Below are positions 19,064-29,319 of a stretch of DNA of 64,000 nucleotides, piece by piece. Under the pieces are notes generated by a model. That model saw nothing but the letters and a program-made list of their open reading frames with translations. It did no database searches and was not told where the DNA came from. The position numbers were made by a program, and so were the translations under genes. How positions within the stretch are numbered: position 1 is the stretch's first letter; every line of letters begins with the position of its first letter. The DNA is from a virus (taxonomy: Duplodnaviria; Caudoviricetes): the IMG/VR virus record IMGVR_UViG_3300022666_000111, one strand, 5' to 3'.

Positions 19064-19160
19064 CTAGTTTGAGCGCCTCGTGTGCATGGTGTTACGGGAG
19101 ATCCGTAAACGGGTTTTGATTGTTACCCTCATGAAACACACACAGGGCGCCCAATTCTAG
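19064..19160 (+). ncRNA. Structured 5' leader / small RNA candidate
   Basis: Outer stem GCGCCT.GTGTG/CACAC.GGGCGC, inner TTACGG/CCGTAA and GGGT/ACCC hairpins, after GGTGTAG promoter. Confidence 0.5.
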
Positions 19161-19170
19161 GGAGATCCCC

Positions 19171-19683
19171 GTGGACATGTTCAAACCTTGTAAGCCCAGC
19201 GAGCTGTACTTTGGCGTCCATAAGGACGACGAAACCGGCGATGTAAGCGTCACCCTTTGCCCCAAAGAATGGTGGGACGCCAAGGGGTGCCTCTACGACA
19301 ATCACATCAAGCTGATCGATAACACCTGCCCCTGGCTCAATGACGCGCCCGACGCCGAGTGCACGTGGTACGTCCCGAACGCCCCCCATGAGGACATCGT
19401 TCGCCACATCCTCAAGTCATACGGATTCGTCTTCAACCCCGAGCTTGAGCCTTGGAATGACCCCGCGACGAGCATTCCTAGCTGCCCCCGCCCAACGCGG
19501 CCAGGCATGTATCTCTGCCAGCGTACAGGGCACCAATGGCCAGAGGTAGCCCAGATCCTGGAAGACAAGGGCACGCTCCGCTTCTATTGCGGTCCCTCCG
19601 TGTTCCCCTTGGACAAGCTCAGAGAAGACGTGTCGTTTTGGGGTCCGATTCGTGTTGATCCCAAGCGCCCATCGGAGTCTTAG
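19171..19683 (+). CDS. Hypothetical protein
   Basis: 170-aa ORF, SD GGGAG. Confidence 0.6.
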   Translation: MDMFKPCKPSELYFGVHKDDETGDVSVTLCPKEWWDAKGCLYDNHIKLIDNTCPWLNDAPDAECTWYVPNAPHEDIVRHILKSYGFVFNPELEPWNDPATSIPSCPRPTRPGMYLCQRTGHQWPEVAQILEDKGTLRFYCGPSVFPLDKLREDVSFWGPIRVDPKRPSES

Positions 19684-19687
19684 GACC

Positions 19688-20083
19688 ATGACCTGCCGAC
19701 ACTCCCCAGGCGACCCTAACTGCTCAAGCCACCCCAACCACCCGGACAACCCCGCGAACATCTACCGCCGCGAGGTTGAAGCGAAGACGCCCGACGCCGA
19801 GCGCTTCGAGATCATCGACATGGTCCGATGCGGCCCACACGTCGTCCTCAAGGTCAAATATCCCAACTGCTCACGATGCTCCTACGAGGGGACCAAGGTT
19901 ATGGTCTACCTCGACGTTTCGGAGTCACAGATCATCCGGTGGCGCAAGATCGACCCACACTTCCGGGAGAACCGTAACAACCTGCCTCCCCGTGAAGCCC
20001 CCGGCCCCGCTGCTCGCTTCCCCGCAAGCGACGAAGGCTGGGCGGACGCGATAGCTTACGCCGAGAGGAAGGCATCACGATGA
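19688..20083 (+). CDS. Phage hypothetical protein
   Basis: YPNC...YEG.KVMVY...IDPHF...PAARFP. Confidence 0.7.
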   Translation: MTCRHSPGDPNCSSHPNHPDNPANIYRREVEAKTPDAERFEIIDMVRCGPHVVLKVKYPNCSRCSYEGTKVMVYLDVSESQIIRWRKIDPHFRENRNNLPPREAPGPAARFPASDEGWADAIAYAERKASR

Positions 20084-21098
20084 TCGCACACCTTGTCCGA
20101 TTCGAATGCGGATGCGTCGGGTTTCACAACCCGGAGAGCAAGGGCTCGCCCTTTATCGTCAAGCCATGCGACAACGACCCTGGCGATCCGGAGATCAGCG
20201 CGGGTTACCGTGCTGACTGCATCGGTAAGCCTTGGAAAGAGCTGGACCCGTATGACGCTTCCGTCCTTCTCAGCAAGATCGCTGACCGCATAGCCTGCGG
20301 GAACAAGTTCCGCGCCCTCAAGGAGATCCTCGGATGAAATGGGAAGGCCCCTTTGACATGAAGGTAGGGCGTGAACGCAAGACGACGCCCATCAAGGTCG
20401 CAGAGGACCGCTACTACCTCTACCAGAGCAAGAAGATCACCAACTTCTGGTCATGCTGGGACAAGGAAACCGGGACGACGCACCTTCTCTGCGCATGGAC
20501 CTGGGAAGAGGCACAAGCCGCCGCCGAAGATAGGATTAGCCATGCTCGACGTACTCCGAGCGCTCCAAAGCGCCCTGCAAAAGCTCCTGACGCCAAGGCC
20601 AAGCCAATGCCCCGCCCTAAACGGAAGGCTAAGGTGTGAGCTGGACGCCGGGCACAAGGGAGAACACCGATGCTGGGTCGATCGCGGCTTCAACGGCCCG
20701 AAGTACTACTTGAATTGGGAGGACGAGATCCGTGAATAGGAACCAGAGCTACGTGGCTATGCCAGCCGAAGAGGTCATCCGACGCGCCCAAGAGATGATC
20801 GATATCATCGACCGCGATCGTGAGGCTGAACGCAAGGCCCTCCTCGAGGCCGAACGCGAATCCGCCCGCAAGAGCTGGTTCCGGCGCCTCTTCCGGCTTG
20901 CGATGCCCTCCGACGCGAAGCTGATCGAGGGGCTCCGGTCCTATGCCTTCAACGAGTACGACGCGACCTACATCATGTTTGGCTTGCAGCGCGATACCTC
21001 CGAACGCCTCCTCCGCGCCGCACGGAACGCCCAAGACGGGATCGTCTACGTCACAGCCGAAGATATGCACGCCCTCGCCTAACGGTGTAGGTGTGGTC

Positions 21099-21698
21099 AT
21101 GCGCCACATCAGCATCAAGCCATTCTCCCACGAACACTTGACCCAGATCTTCCGCGCCGCCATCGACGAGGTCGCGCTCGACCCCGGTAAGAAGGTCCAC
21201 GTCCGCTTCCTAGACAAGACCGGCGCCCCTTGGGGCGGGGACCACGACATGGAGATCTCCTACGAGTCAGCCATATCAACCCGGAGGGATATGCTCAACC
21301 GCGCCCTTGACCTCCGAACCGCTATCTGGGTCAAGGAAAACAACGTGCTCGACCTCCGGCGCTACGAGGCCATGAGCGCCAAGCTAGGCGCCCCGGAAAG
21401 CATCGAATTCACCCTCTACGTCAAACCCGCTTGCATCCGTGAGGCCCTCCCCTCCAACGCCGTATGCCTTGACATGGACGACGGTGCGCGTGTTGCCTAC
21501 ATAGACCGGAACTACGAGATCCGGCAAACCGTTGTCGCGACCAGGAGGTTCTGCCCCGGATTCACGTGCCCAGCAGCATCCCCCGAGATGTTCGAATTCC
21601 TCAAGAAGCGCCTCGCAGAAGAGGCCCCGTGGGCCGCTGAGATGCGCCTCCTCAAACGACAAGACGGGACCTTCTTCCTCTGCGCGATCGAAGAGTAG
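21099..21698 (+). CDS. Hypothetical protein
   Basis: Leaderless ATG 8 nt after GGTGTAG. Confidence 0.65.
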   Translation: MRHISIKPFSHEHLTQIFRAAIDEVALDPGKKVHVRFLDKTGAPWGGDHDMEISYESAISTRRDMLNRALDLRTAIWVKENNVLDLRRYEAMSAKLGAPESIEFTLYVKPACIREALPSNAVCLDMDDGARVAYIDRNYEIRQTVVATRRFCPGFTCPAASPEMFEFLKKRLAEEAPWAAEMRLLKRQDGTFFLCAIEE

Positions 21699-21839
21699 TT
21701 GATCGTGATGCTCGTATTGCGGCTGCGACCTCACGGAGCACAACGAGATGAGCGAAACCACCATGTGCGAGGACTGCTACGAAAACCGTTGATCATAAGC
21801 ATCCTCAAGCGTAGCAGCCACAAACCAATGAGGTGATAG

Positions 21840-22652
21840 ATGCAGATCAAACAAGCTCTCGAGGCACTGGGTACCTATGTTCAGCTCAAAAAGGATCTCC
21901 AGCAAGCCCAAACAACGGCGGATGAGATCGCCATCAAGCTCAATGAGCATCGTGCGCAAAGTGGCCTAACGGACGAGGACGTCGAAACGTATGGGCGGGT
22001 ACTCAACCTTCCCGCGCGCCCTGTCATCTGTAATCACCCACAGTCACCACCAACCTTTGATGAGGCCCGCTCCAACACACGAGACATCGCACGCAAATGC
22101 ATCTGGCAAGCCCTCAAAAACACGGAAGACCATAGCGATAAATGGGCGTCCGTGCGTAGGATCACAGAAGTGTATGCGGACGCCATGAGGCTGGCGCAGG
22201 CCGAACCCCAAATACCGTACATTCACAGCGTGCTCGTTGATGATGAGGGGCTCTGGTTGCAAGCCTCCCAAGACGGACTCTGGGCTATGCTTCCCCCCAA
22301 CAAGTGCTTCACCATCAAGAGCGTTCTGACTTGGATGGTAAACCATACAGATGGCACCACTGCCCTAGACATTGGACGGGGAATGCACGTACACGTCAAC
22401 CACCCCAACAGGATCCTAAAGAGGCTCCTTGCAGGCGGGTACGTCAAAGCCCAAGGGGCGACCACCGGAAGTAAACCCTTGAAAACTCACACAGGTGTCC
22501 GCACGATTTACACTCCCAACCCAAGTCTTAGCATCCTTCATGCAGCCATGCTGAACCCCTTGACAGACGACTTGATCAAGGCACTAGCCCACTTGTTTAA
22601 CCCCGTGGACATGGCTTGGCTCCGCGCCTGTGAACCTCCCGAATCCCGTTGA
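21840..22652 (+). CDS. Hypothetical protein with probable HTH/wHTH domain
   Basis: TTALDIGRGMHV...NRILKRLLAGGYV; SD GAGGTG. Confidence 0.55.
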   Translation: MQIKQALEALGTYVQLKKDLQQAQTTADEIAIKLNEHRAQSGLTDEDVETYGRVLNLPARPVICNHPQSPPTFDEARSNTRDIARKCIWQALKNTEDHSDKWASVRRITEVYADAMRLAQAEPQIPYIHSVLVDDEGLWLQASQDGLWAMLPPNKCFTIKSVLTWMVNHTDGTTALDIGRGMHVHVNHPNRILKRLLAGGYVKAQGATTGSKPLKTHTGVRTIYTPNPSLSILHAAMLNPLTDDLIKALAHLFNPVDMAWLRACEPPESR

Positions 22653-22681
22653 TCCCAACCGCCCTGGCGCGTAGCTAGGGC

Positions 22682-22786
22682 ATGACAACGGACCTCATCT
22701 ACTTCGCCATCGGCATCGCCCTCGGGACCATCGCCTACCGTCTCTCGAAAGACCTCTGGTGTAGATACACCCGAAAGGCCAAGTAG
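22682..22786 (+). CDS. 34-aa membrane peptide
   Basis: MTTDLIYFAIGIALGTIAYRLSKDLWCRYTRKAK; ATG at +33 of a class-1 promoter. Confidence 0.6.
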   Translation: MTTDLIYFAIGIALGTIAYRLSKDLWCRYTRKAK

Positions 22787-23256
22787 CGATGTCCACGTAT
22801 GAAGTCACGCCCTACACCAAGGCGAAGTCCAACGCCCTAGCCGATCAAGCGCAAGCCGAGGCCGATAAGGCTCAAGAGGCCCTCAACCTTGACGCCATGT
22901 CGCCCTCCGAACTTGAAGCCGTGACGCACCCCAAGCTCAAAGCCTACGCCCGGCTCAAGATCCGCGCCATGAAGGCCCGCTACAGCGGCAACATCGCCCA
23001 AGCCGTCCTCCTCGAGGACAAGTGTGAGAAGTCCTACAAGAAGCTCCCTCCCGAGCTTAGGTGGTGACGCTATGAGCATCCGAGCTACCCTCGAGCTGGC
23101 CCAAAAGCTCCGCGAGCTTATCGAGAAATCGCGCCAGGACGCCTCCCTTGTGAAGGCTGAAAAGGAAGCCTCCCTTGTGGAAGCAAAACGCAAGCTCGAT
23201 GAGCCCAAGGACGCCCTTGACCAGCTAAGAGACGCCGACCTCTTCGAGGAGGACCC

Positions 23257-23691
23257 ATGAACCCCTGCTTTCACGACCACGGCCGCGTGGGCTTCTTCAA
23301 CGAGCGCAAGAACCTCAAGGTCCACCTCACCGCCGACCTACGCCCAACCAACGGACCCCAATTCTTGAACCTTCGCGAAAGCGAAGCCCGCGCCTTGGTC
23401 AACCGCGCACGCGCCCTCTACCCCAACTACGTCATCCACGTCGTATGGTCCTCCAACGTCATCATCGACAGCATAGCCTATGACTTCACACGTGAACGAG
23501 ATCTGCAACTTCACCTCTTCATGAGCGACCGCTTCGGAGGCAACCTGACGCCCCCTGACTGGATGCGTGAACCCGGCGCCCCAACCGTCACACGTGAACC
23601 CGTAGCCAAGGCTCCAAGCCCACGCAAGCTGCCCCCAGAACCCAAAGAGGTTGACGCCTTCACCATGCTCATGGAGGACGACTTCCTGTGA
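23257..23691 (+). CDS. Paralog-array protein 1 (one domain plus acidic tag)
   Basis: HVVW...PPDW; ends DAFTMLMEDDFL. Confidence 0.7.
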   Translation: MNPCFHDHGRVGFFNERKNLKVHLTADLRPTNGPQFLNLRESEARALVNRARALYPNYVIHVVWSSNVIIDSIAYDFTRERDLQLHLFMSDRFGGNLTPPDWMREPGAPTVTREPVAKAPSPRKLPPEPKEVDAFTMLMEDDFL

Positions 23692-24326
23692 GCGCGGCGA
23701 CCGTTACCTATGCCAATGACGGTTTGGTCAAGGGCACCTACGGCTACCTTGACCAAACCGGCAAAGCGTCCCCTTGCCTACGCTGGTCAAAAGAGCTGAA
23801 CCCAAGACAAGCCCAAATCCGCGTCGCAGCCCTGGCCAAGAAACTCGAGTCACACGCCTGCCTTCACGTGCTGTGGCGTACACACCCCCTCTGCGACACT
23901 ATGCTCACCCTGGCCTTCGTCAAAACCGCCCAACCCCAAGACGGGGATAGCCCACCTTGGACCGAAGCCATCGGCGAACCCAAAGCGTCATACCGTCACG
24001 TGAAAGGTAACCCAGCCTTCCCAGAAGGCGTCCAAGGCGACTACGCCTTCCTCGGCCCCAACGGTGGACGCTCAAGACACCTACACTGGTCCGAATCCCT
24101 TACGCCCACCAAAGCCTACCAACGCGTCGCCTTGGTCAGCGCGGAACGTACCTCGCCCGACCTTCACGTGCTGTGGCGCTACTCGCCCCTACGCCCAGGC
24201 CGCGTAGACCTCGCCTTCCTTGCCGTAACCCAAGCCCAGGAAAGCACGCTCCCACCTTGGATGCCCCGTGTCAAAAGACCCAAACGTGACTTCTTCGACA
24301 TCTTGACCGAGGACGATATCCTATGA
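23688..24326 (+). CDS. Paralog-array protein 2 (two domains plus acidic tag)
   Basis: LHVLWR...LAF...PPW twice; ends RDFFDILTEDDIL. Confidence 0.75.
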   Translation: MSAATVTYANDGLVKGTYGYLDQTGKASPCLRWSKELNPRQAQIRVAALAKKLESHACLHVLWRTHPLCDTMLTLAFVKTAQPQDGDSPPWTEAIGEPKASYRHVKGNPAFPEGVQGDYAFLGPNGGRSRHLHWSESLTPTKAYQRVALVSAERTSPDLHVLWRYSPLRPGRVDLAFLAVTQAQESTLPPWMPRVKRPKRDFFDILTEDDIL

Positions 24327-24931
24327 GCCACCTGGTCTTCGCCAATACACGCACGCGCAGAACGCCCCCGGCCCAAACCAAAATCCAAGCCGCCTCCCTC
24401 GGCAGCTCATACGAGGCCGCTACTACCGCCGTCCTGCGCGCCGTGCGGGACAACATGGGCCAAGACTTCTACATCCCGTGGAAAGAACTACGCCGCGACG
24501 TCATCTGGTACGAAATCCGCCGCTTCACCCGAGACGCCCCCGAAAGTAGCAGCCCCTTCCCCGACTGGTTCACTCATAAGCAAACCGTGAGCTACGAAGA
24601 AACCGATCTCAATATCCACCCCAACGGTATGCACCCCATCGTCCAAGCCGCCCCACCAGGCTATACCTTCGCCGACCACGTCCGCGCTGGAGCCGCTTGG
24701 ACCATCACCTTGAACCATACCGTCGCCATGGAACACATACGGAGAGCCGCCGAATTCGTCGCCCCTCTCAACCTCTACGTCCGCTGGATGCCTTGGCGCT
24801 GGGGCGTCCGCCTCGCCCTCTTCAAAACCGTCCAACCTATCCCCATAACGCCCCTCCCACCCTGGGCCGGAGGCGACGCCCCCACACAACGCGACTTCTT
24901 CGACCTCTTGACCGAGGACAATACCCTGTGA
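24323..24931 (+). CDS. Paralog-array protein 3 (two domains plus acidic tag)
   Basis: FYIPW...FPDW and LYVRW...LPPW; ends RDFFDLLTEDNTL. Confidence 0.75.
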   Translation: MSHLVFANTRTRRTPPAQTKIQAASLGSSYEAATTAVLRAVRDNMGQDFYIPWKELRRDVIWYEIRRFTRDAPESSSPFPDWFTHKQTVSYEETDLNIHPNGMHPIVQAAPPGYTFADHVRAGAAWTITLNHTVAMEHIRRAAEFVAPLNLYVRWMPWRWGVRLALFKTVQPIPITPLPPWAGGDAPTQRDFFDLLTEDNTL

Positions 24932-25425
24932 GCCCACAAGGCTACGTCTTCATCGAATACAAACCTCCTCATGGAAAGCGACACGTGAAAAGCGTTACCT
25001 CGGTTCTCCGAAGCGTCATCTTCATGCTCAAGCCCCGTGTGGTGAACGTCAACCCCAAGGACGTCCCAGCCATCCGCCGCCAACGCTGGTTCGAGGTCAA
25101 CACCCACAACGCTACCAACTACGGCCACGTGGGCTACGCCCTACAAACGCGAATCTACGCCAATACCACCGTCCCAAGAGGTCACGTCCACGGGGATACA
25201 CGCCCTCAACCCCTAACCCAAGCCCAACGCGCCCTCCTAGAACGCGGCGTCGACGACGAAGCCCTCGCACACTACAAGAGCATCGCCCTACGCCAATGCG
25301 TCAACCTCGGCTACGCCATACGTACACGCCCAGGAGGCTTCTACCGAACTACCCCAGCCGGTTGCCACGCCATCCAAACCTTCCCCGACGCCTACGCCAA
25401 ACTCCTCTCCGGTGTAGACCTCTAA
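24928..25425 (+). CDS. Hypothetical protein with C-terminal wHTH-like region
   Basis: GTGA overlap; LTQAQRALL...LGYA...YRTTPAG. Confidence 0.6.
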   Translation: MSPQGYVFIEYKPPHGKRHVKSVTSVLRSVIFMLKPRVVNVNPKDVPAIRRQRWFEVNTHNATNYGHVGYALQTRIYANTTVPRGHVHGDTRPQPLTQAQRALLERGVDDEALAHYKSIALRQCVNLGYAIRTRPGGFYRTTPAGCHAIQTFPDAYAKLLSGVDL

Positions 25426-25426
25426 C

Positions 25427-25882
25427 ATGCCAACCCTCATCGCCGAATTCGCCTTCACCAAACAAGGCCAACACTGCATCACCCTCAACCGCCCACCCGT
25501 TACCCCTACGCCCGGTATGCACCTCAAAGCACAAACCGGCGAACAGGCAACCGTCCTCTCCGTCGAACGTATGCAGAAGGCTACAGGCCCAGGCAATAAC
25601 TGGGTCCTCACCCTCACTCAACCCCTCCCAGCCAATACACCCCTAGAGGCTACACCAGCCCAACGCCCCGAAACAGGCCCTATGGCTTTCGGTTCCGACT
25701 GGCCAGGCGTCTTCATCCGAGGCGATAACGCCCTCGCCTATACCCTAGCCCTCCAAAACGCCCTCAACCAAGACCCCGACAACCTCGAACTACGCTCCCT
25801 CCTGAGCTTGCTCTCCTCCTGCCAATGCCCCGCACCCACTACCGTACACCTCAACCCCTTCACCGAATGCTTGCCCAAATGA
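25427..25882 (+). CDS. Hypothetical protein
   Basis: RPETGPMAFGSDWPGVFIRGDNA; leaderless after GGTGTAG. Confidence 0.65.
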   Translation: MPTLIAEFAFTKQGQHCITLNRPPVTPTPGMHLKAQTGEQATVLSVERMQKATGPGNNWVLTLTQPLPANTPLEATPAQRPETGPMAFGSDWPGVFIRGDNALAYTLALQNALNQDPDNLELRSLLSLLSSCQCPAPTTVHLNPFTECLPK

Positions 25883-26070
25883 ACTACCTCATCGTCCGTA
25901 CACACGAGAACGGCGAAGTGTCCCTCCAGTACGCCGCTACCCTACGCGACCTGGAAACCCTCGCCAACGAAGACCCCAACCCCAACAACCCCACCGTGAG
26001 CATCCAACGCTACGCCCTCCTCCCCTAACGATTCCAGTTGATCCCCCACCCCCTCACGCATGTAGCCACC

Positions 26071-26406
26071 ATGGATACAGCCAACAGCTACCGCGAAGCC
26101 CGTGCCTGCCGCAAACTCGTCGCCAACGCCTCCATCAAAATCGAAGAGGCCACTCTCGACGGTACCACCTTCAGCCTCAAAATCCGCACCACCCTGGGTG
26201 CCATCGTCGGCTACGGCAACGTCAACCCCGACGCCTGTAACGAAGGCTGGACCCTCAACGGTAAGCCTATCCCCATGAAGGACTGGCCCGACATCGACGT
26301 CGTCACCCCACTGACCCCCAATACTGACGGCTACTGGCACCGCCTAAGTACCCTCGTCAGCCAACTCGAAGAATGGATCAACAACCTCGTGGAACGTCAA
26401 GGCTAG
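26071..26406 (+). CDS. Hypothetical protein
   Basis: ATG at +33 of class-1 promoter 26038. Confidence 0.65.
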   Translation: MDTANSYREARACRKLVANASIKIEEATLDGTTFSLKIRTTLGAIVGYGNVNPDACNEGWTLNGKPIPMKDWPDIDVVTPLTPNTDGYWHRLSTLVSQLEEWINNLVERQG

Positions 26407-26481
26407 ATCCCCAGATCGCCTTTGCCTACAACCCCCACCAGCCCATCTACAATCCCCAGATCACCTTTACCTACAACCCCC
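26407..26481. repeat. 30-bp imperfect direct repeat at the GC-skew switch
   Basis: atccccagatcRcctttRcctacaaccccc at 26407 and 26452. Confidence 0.85.
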
Positions 26482-26862
26482 TCAAAACACACGGATGCTA
26501 AACACTCGTGCGCGTCCGGTCACGATTGGCCGAAAAACGATATTGGCACAGATATTGTCTCAGAGGCCGGTAGTTTAGCTCCGATGTAGGCGTAGGAATA
26601 TACGGTTGATCGTCTGCTGTGTGGGGTGTAGAAGGGGGTATGAAGCCCTACGGGAACACGCGGTATGAGAACCTGGTATGTGCCTACGGGTGCTGCTCGG
26701 GTGGGTGTGTGCACAAGGGGACGCTGGGCTACCGTGTCCCCAAGGCGGTGCGACGCCGGGCTCGCAAGCGGGCAAGGCGGGAGGGCAAGAGCTATGAGTG
26801 AGCGCCTACCGGGGGACCCTCCCCCTGACAAGATGGCTCCAACCGTGACGCCCCAGTCTGAG

Positions 26863-27357
26863 TCAGCCCTTATGTGTGGCGAGGTACTGTAGTGCTGCCT
26901 GGAAGATCTTGGGGTTCTCGCGAAGGAATCCGATGCCAGTATTGCAGGCGTTGCAAAGGAGGCCGCGTACAGCACCGGTGGTGTGGTTATGGTCGATGCA
27001 CAAGCGCCCATTGGCTGGAGGGGGTTCCCCACAGATGGCGCACACGCCTCCCTGAACAAGGAGCTGGGTGTCGTACCATGCAGGGCACACGCAGCGCTTT
27101 CGAAGCCGCTGCTTTCGGCGTTGGCGTTCGGCCGGGACGTTTAGGCCCTTCAGGGGATCCCCCACCTCCTTGTGGGCTTGTAGTGCTGTGTCAGCCTCGG
27201 TCATACGCTCCTCGGCTTTACGCAAGCGTGCCTCGCAATAGCGGAGGCGGTTCTGGAGCTTGGAGACCTCGTCGCGCAGGGCCTTACGTGTTAGGTACTC
27301 CTGACACCTTCCGAACATGGCACAGAGAGGGTTGGTATCAGGGAAGGGCTCACTCAT
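26863..27357 (-). CDS. Endonuclease VII-domain protein
   Basis: QGGVCAICG...LCIDHNHTTGAVRGLLCNACNTGIG. Confidence 0.85.
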   Translation of the reverse strand: MSEPFPDTNPLCAMFGRCQEYLTRKALRDEVSKLQNRLRYCEARLRKAEERMTEADTALQAHKEVGDPLKGLNVPAERQRRKQRLRKRCVCPAWYDTQLLVQGGVCAICGEPPPANGRLCIDHNHTTGAVRGLLCNACNTGIGFLRENPKIFQAALQYLATHKG

Positions 27358-27535
27358 GCTTGGCCTCCTGGTGTAACGCTGCCTCCATCTGGGTGAGCCC
27401 CTTCTCCAACAGGAGACGTAGGACACCTGAGCGGTTGACTGGAACTCCAGCACTACGCTCCCGGAGGGTAGCCTCAACCTGGTTGAGGCGCTTCAACAGC
27501 TCAGCATCCAGCCTCAGTGATATCAGTGTGATCAT
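27350..27535 (-). CDS. Ribbon-helix-helix DNA-binding protein
   Basis: ISLRLDAELLKRL...NRSGVLRLLLEKGL. Confidence 0.75.
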   Translation of the reverse strand: MITLISLRLDAELLKRLNQVEATLRERSAGVPVNRSGVLRLLLEKGLTQMEAALHQEAKHE

Positions 27536-28054
27536 GGTAGGCGGTGTAGCACAGAGAATACAACAGTCAAGAGAAGTCTGGAGAGATCATGTCACGATTA
27601 CGCCCTGTGAGTGAGCGGCCTCCTTCTGGGGAGGCGGTGTTGGTACTGACGCGGGGGTCGCCGTTGTTCTATCGGGGCATCTGGTTCGTGGATGAACGGT
27701 GGACGGTAGAGGGTGAGCTGACCAGGGACCCTGATGTAGTCGGGTGGATCCCTATGCCTACCGTGTCGGAGGATGGGGAGGTTTGCCTCGGCCCGCAAAA
27801 GTGATGCCATGCCAGAATCGCTCGATTATCTTTTTCGAGGTTCGGCAGGCGGCTACGGGGCGTGTTGAGTATGCGCACGTTGGGCGGTCGGCAAACGCTG
27901 AAAAGGGGGAATGGGGGTCTCTTCTAAGGGGGGGTTCTGGTAGGCGGGGTCTGGATTTTTCGCCCGGCTGAATTTTGGCCCGGAAGTCAAAAATCGCCAG
28001 GGGTGATAAAGAGGCTGATGGTGGCGGCCAAGGCGGCGAGGGTAACGAGGGCGG

Positions 28055-28471
28055 CTAGGGTTGACACTTGGTGGCTTTCCGTTGGGCGTAGGTTGATTCT
28101 AGGGTGAAGCTGATCTTGTTGACGTCGGAGAGCTTAGCCCAGAAGGAGGTTGAGGCTTTGCCGTTGGGTTTGACGATCTTCCAGGTGATGGAGTCGTAGT
28201 TAGCTTCGCGGGAGGGGGCGGCCTTGGCGGTATTGCGGACGTAGACACGTGCGACCTCGAGGGTGGTACCTGCTGGGAGGGTGATGGTGGTGGTCCGGCG
28301 TTTGGCGCAAGTCTTGGGGTCGACGTAGTAGTCGCGCCAGGAGAGGGGTTGGGTGATGGCGCCTTGGAGGAGGAGGAAGCGGGCGTTGCGGCGTTCGAAG
28401 TAGGCTGTGAAGGTCCAGGGGAGGTTGAGGGTGATACGGTCACCGCAGGCTGGGATGTAGAGGGTGGTCAT
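28055..28471 (-). CDS. Phage hypothetical protein
   Basis: LYIP..GD.I.L..W.F...ERRN...FWAKLSDVN; GGTGTAG promoter. Confidence 0.7.
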   Translation of the reverse strand: MTTLYIPACGDRITLNLPWTFTAYFERRNARFLLLQGAITQPLSWRDYYVDPKTCAKRRTTTITLPAGTTLEVARVYVRNTAKAAPSREANYDSITWKIVKPNGKASTSFWAKLSDVNKISFTLESTYAQRKATKCQP

Positions 28472-28789
28472 ACTGGGATGCTACACCGTGCGAGGGCGTC
28501 TTTGAGGACCTTGGTAGCGGTAGGGATGGCGTTGGAGTCGACGCCTTCGGCGTCTATGGTGAGGGTTGCTGATCCGTTCCAGTAGTCGATGTGGGCTTGG
28601 AGGATGCAGACGCTGATGGGGCAGGTAGCTCTAGCGGTAGCGGTTATGAGGTCGCCGAGGGCGGCGAGGTTTTGGTAGGTCCCCTTGGCGGTGATTTCGG
28701 CGCGAACGGTGTCGAGCTTTTCTTCGGTCTTGTAGACGCGGGCGGTTTGTGTTGTGACGTTGAGGTCGAGTGAGATCTTCATGGGGGTA

Positions 28790-29311
28790 CTATGCGTCTG
28801 GATCGGTGGGATCAATTGGGAGGGGTTCGATTTCGAGAGGGGTTGTAGGGTTTAGGGGTGGTTCGGGTGCGGAGTGGTTGTCGTCGCGGAGCTTGTCGAA
28901 GAGGGTGGGGCCTTGGGGAGGTTCGGGGCCTTGTTGGACGAGGCGGCTTGAGATGATATCGTCGTCGGTGAGGGGCGTATCCGAAAGGCAGAGGCAGAGG
29001 TTTCTATCGGGGTCCCGGACGGTGAAGAAGAGGTTGCCGGTTTTCTGGACGACGAAGACGTCGCCGGTTCTAGCGTAGCGGAACCATTCGATGGGGCGTT
29101 CTTCGTGGCACCAGAGGTAGCGGAAGATGGGGTAGCCTATGGGGGGGACGAGGCTCCAGACGTTGCCGTAGGGTTCGTCGGGGGCGAAGAACTCAATGGA
29201 GAGGCAGCCGTTGGGTTCGAGGTCTTCGAGGATACGGGCGAGGGAGAGGGGCTTTAGTCGTGCCCACCATTGGCCTTTTCTTGGTGTGAAGTCGACGTCT
29301 GAGATATGCAC
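28790..29311 (-). CDS. Hypothetical protein with internal TLFDKLRDD tag
   Basis: GTG 8 nt after GGTGTAG. Confidence 0.6.
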   Translation of the reverse strand: MHISDVDFTPRKGQWWARLKPLSLARILEDLEPNGCLSIEFFAPDEPYGNVWSLVPPIGYPIFRYLWCHEERPIEWFRYARTGDVFVVQKTGNLFFTVRDPDRNLCLCLSDTPLTDDDIISSRLVQQGPEPPQGPTLFDKLRDDNHSAPEPPLNPTTPLEIEPLPIDPTDPDA

Positions 29312-29319
29312 GTAGGGGT

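Noticed and set aside
21709-21792. Small zinc-ribbon gene CSYCG...CEDC
   Set aside because: No start codon before the first Cys pair, with TGA immediately upstream; probably a remnant.
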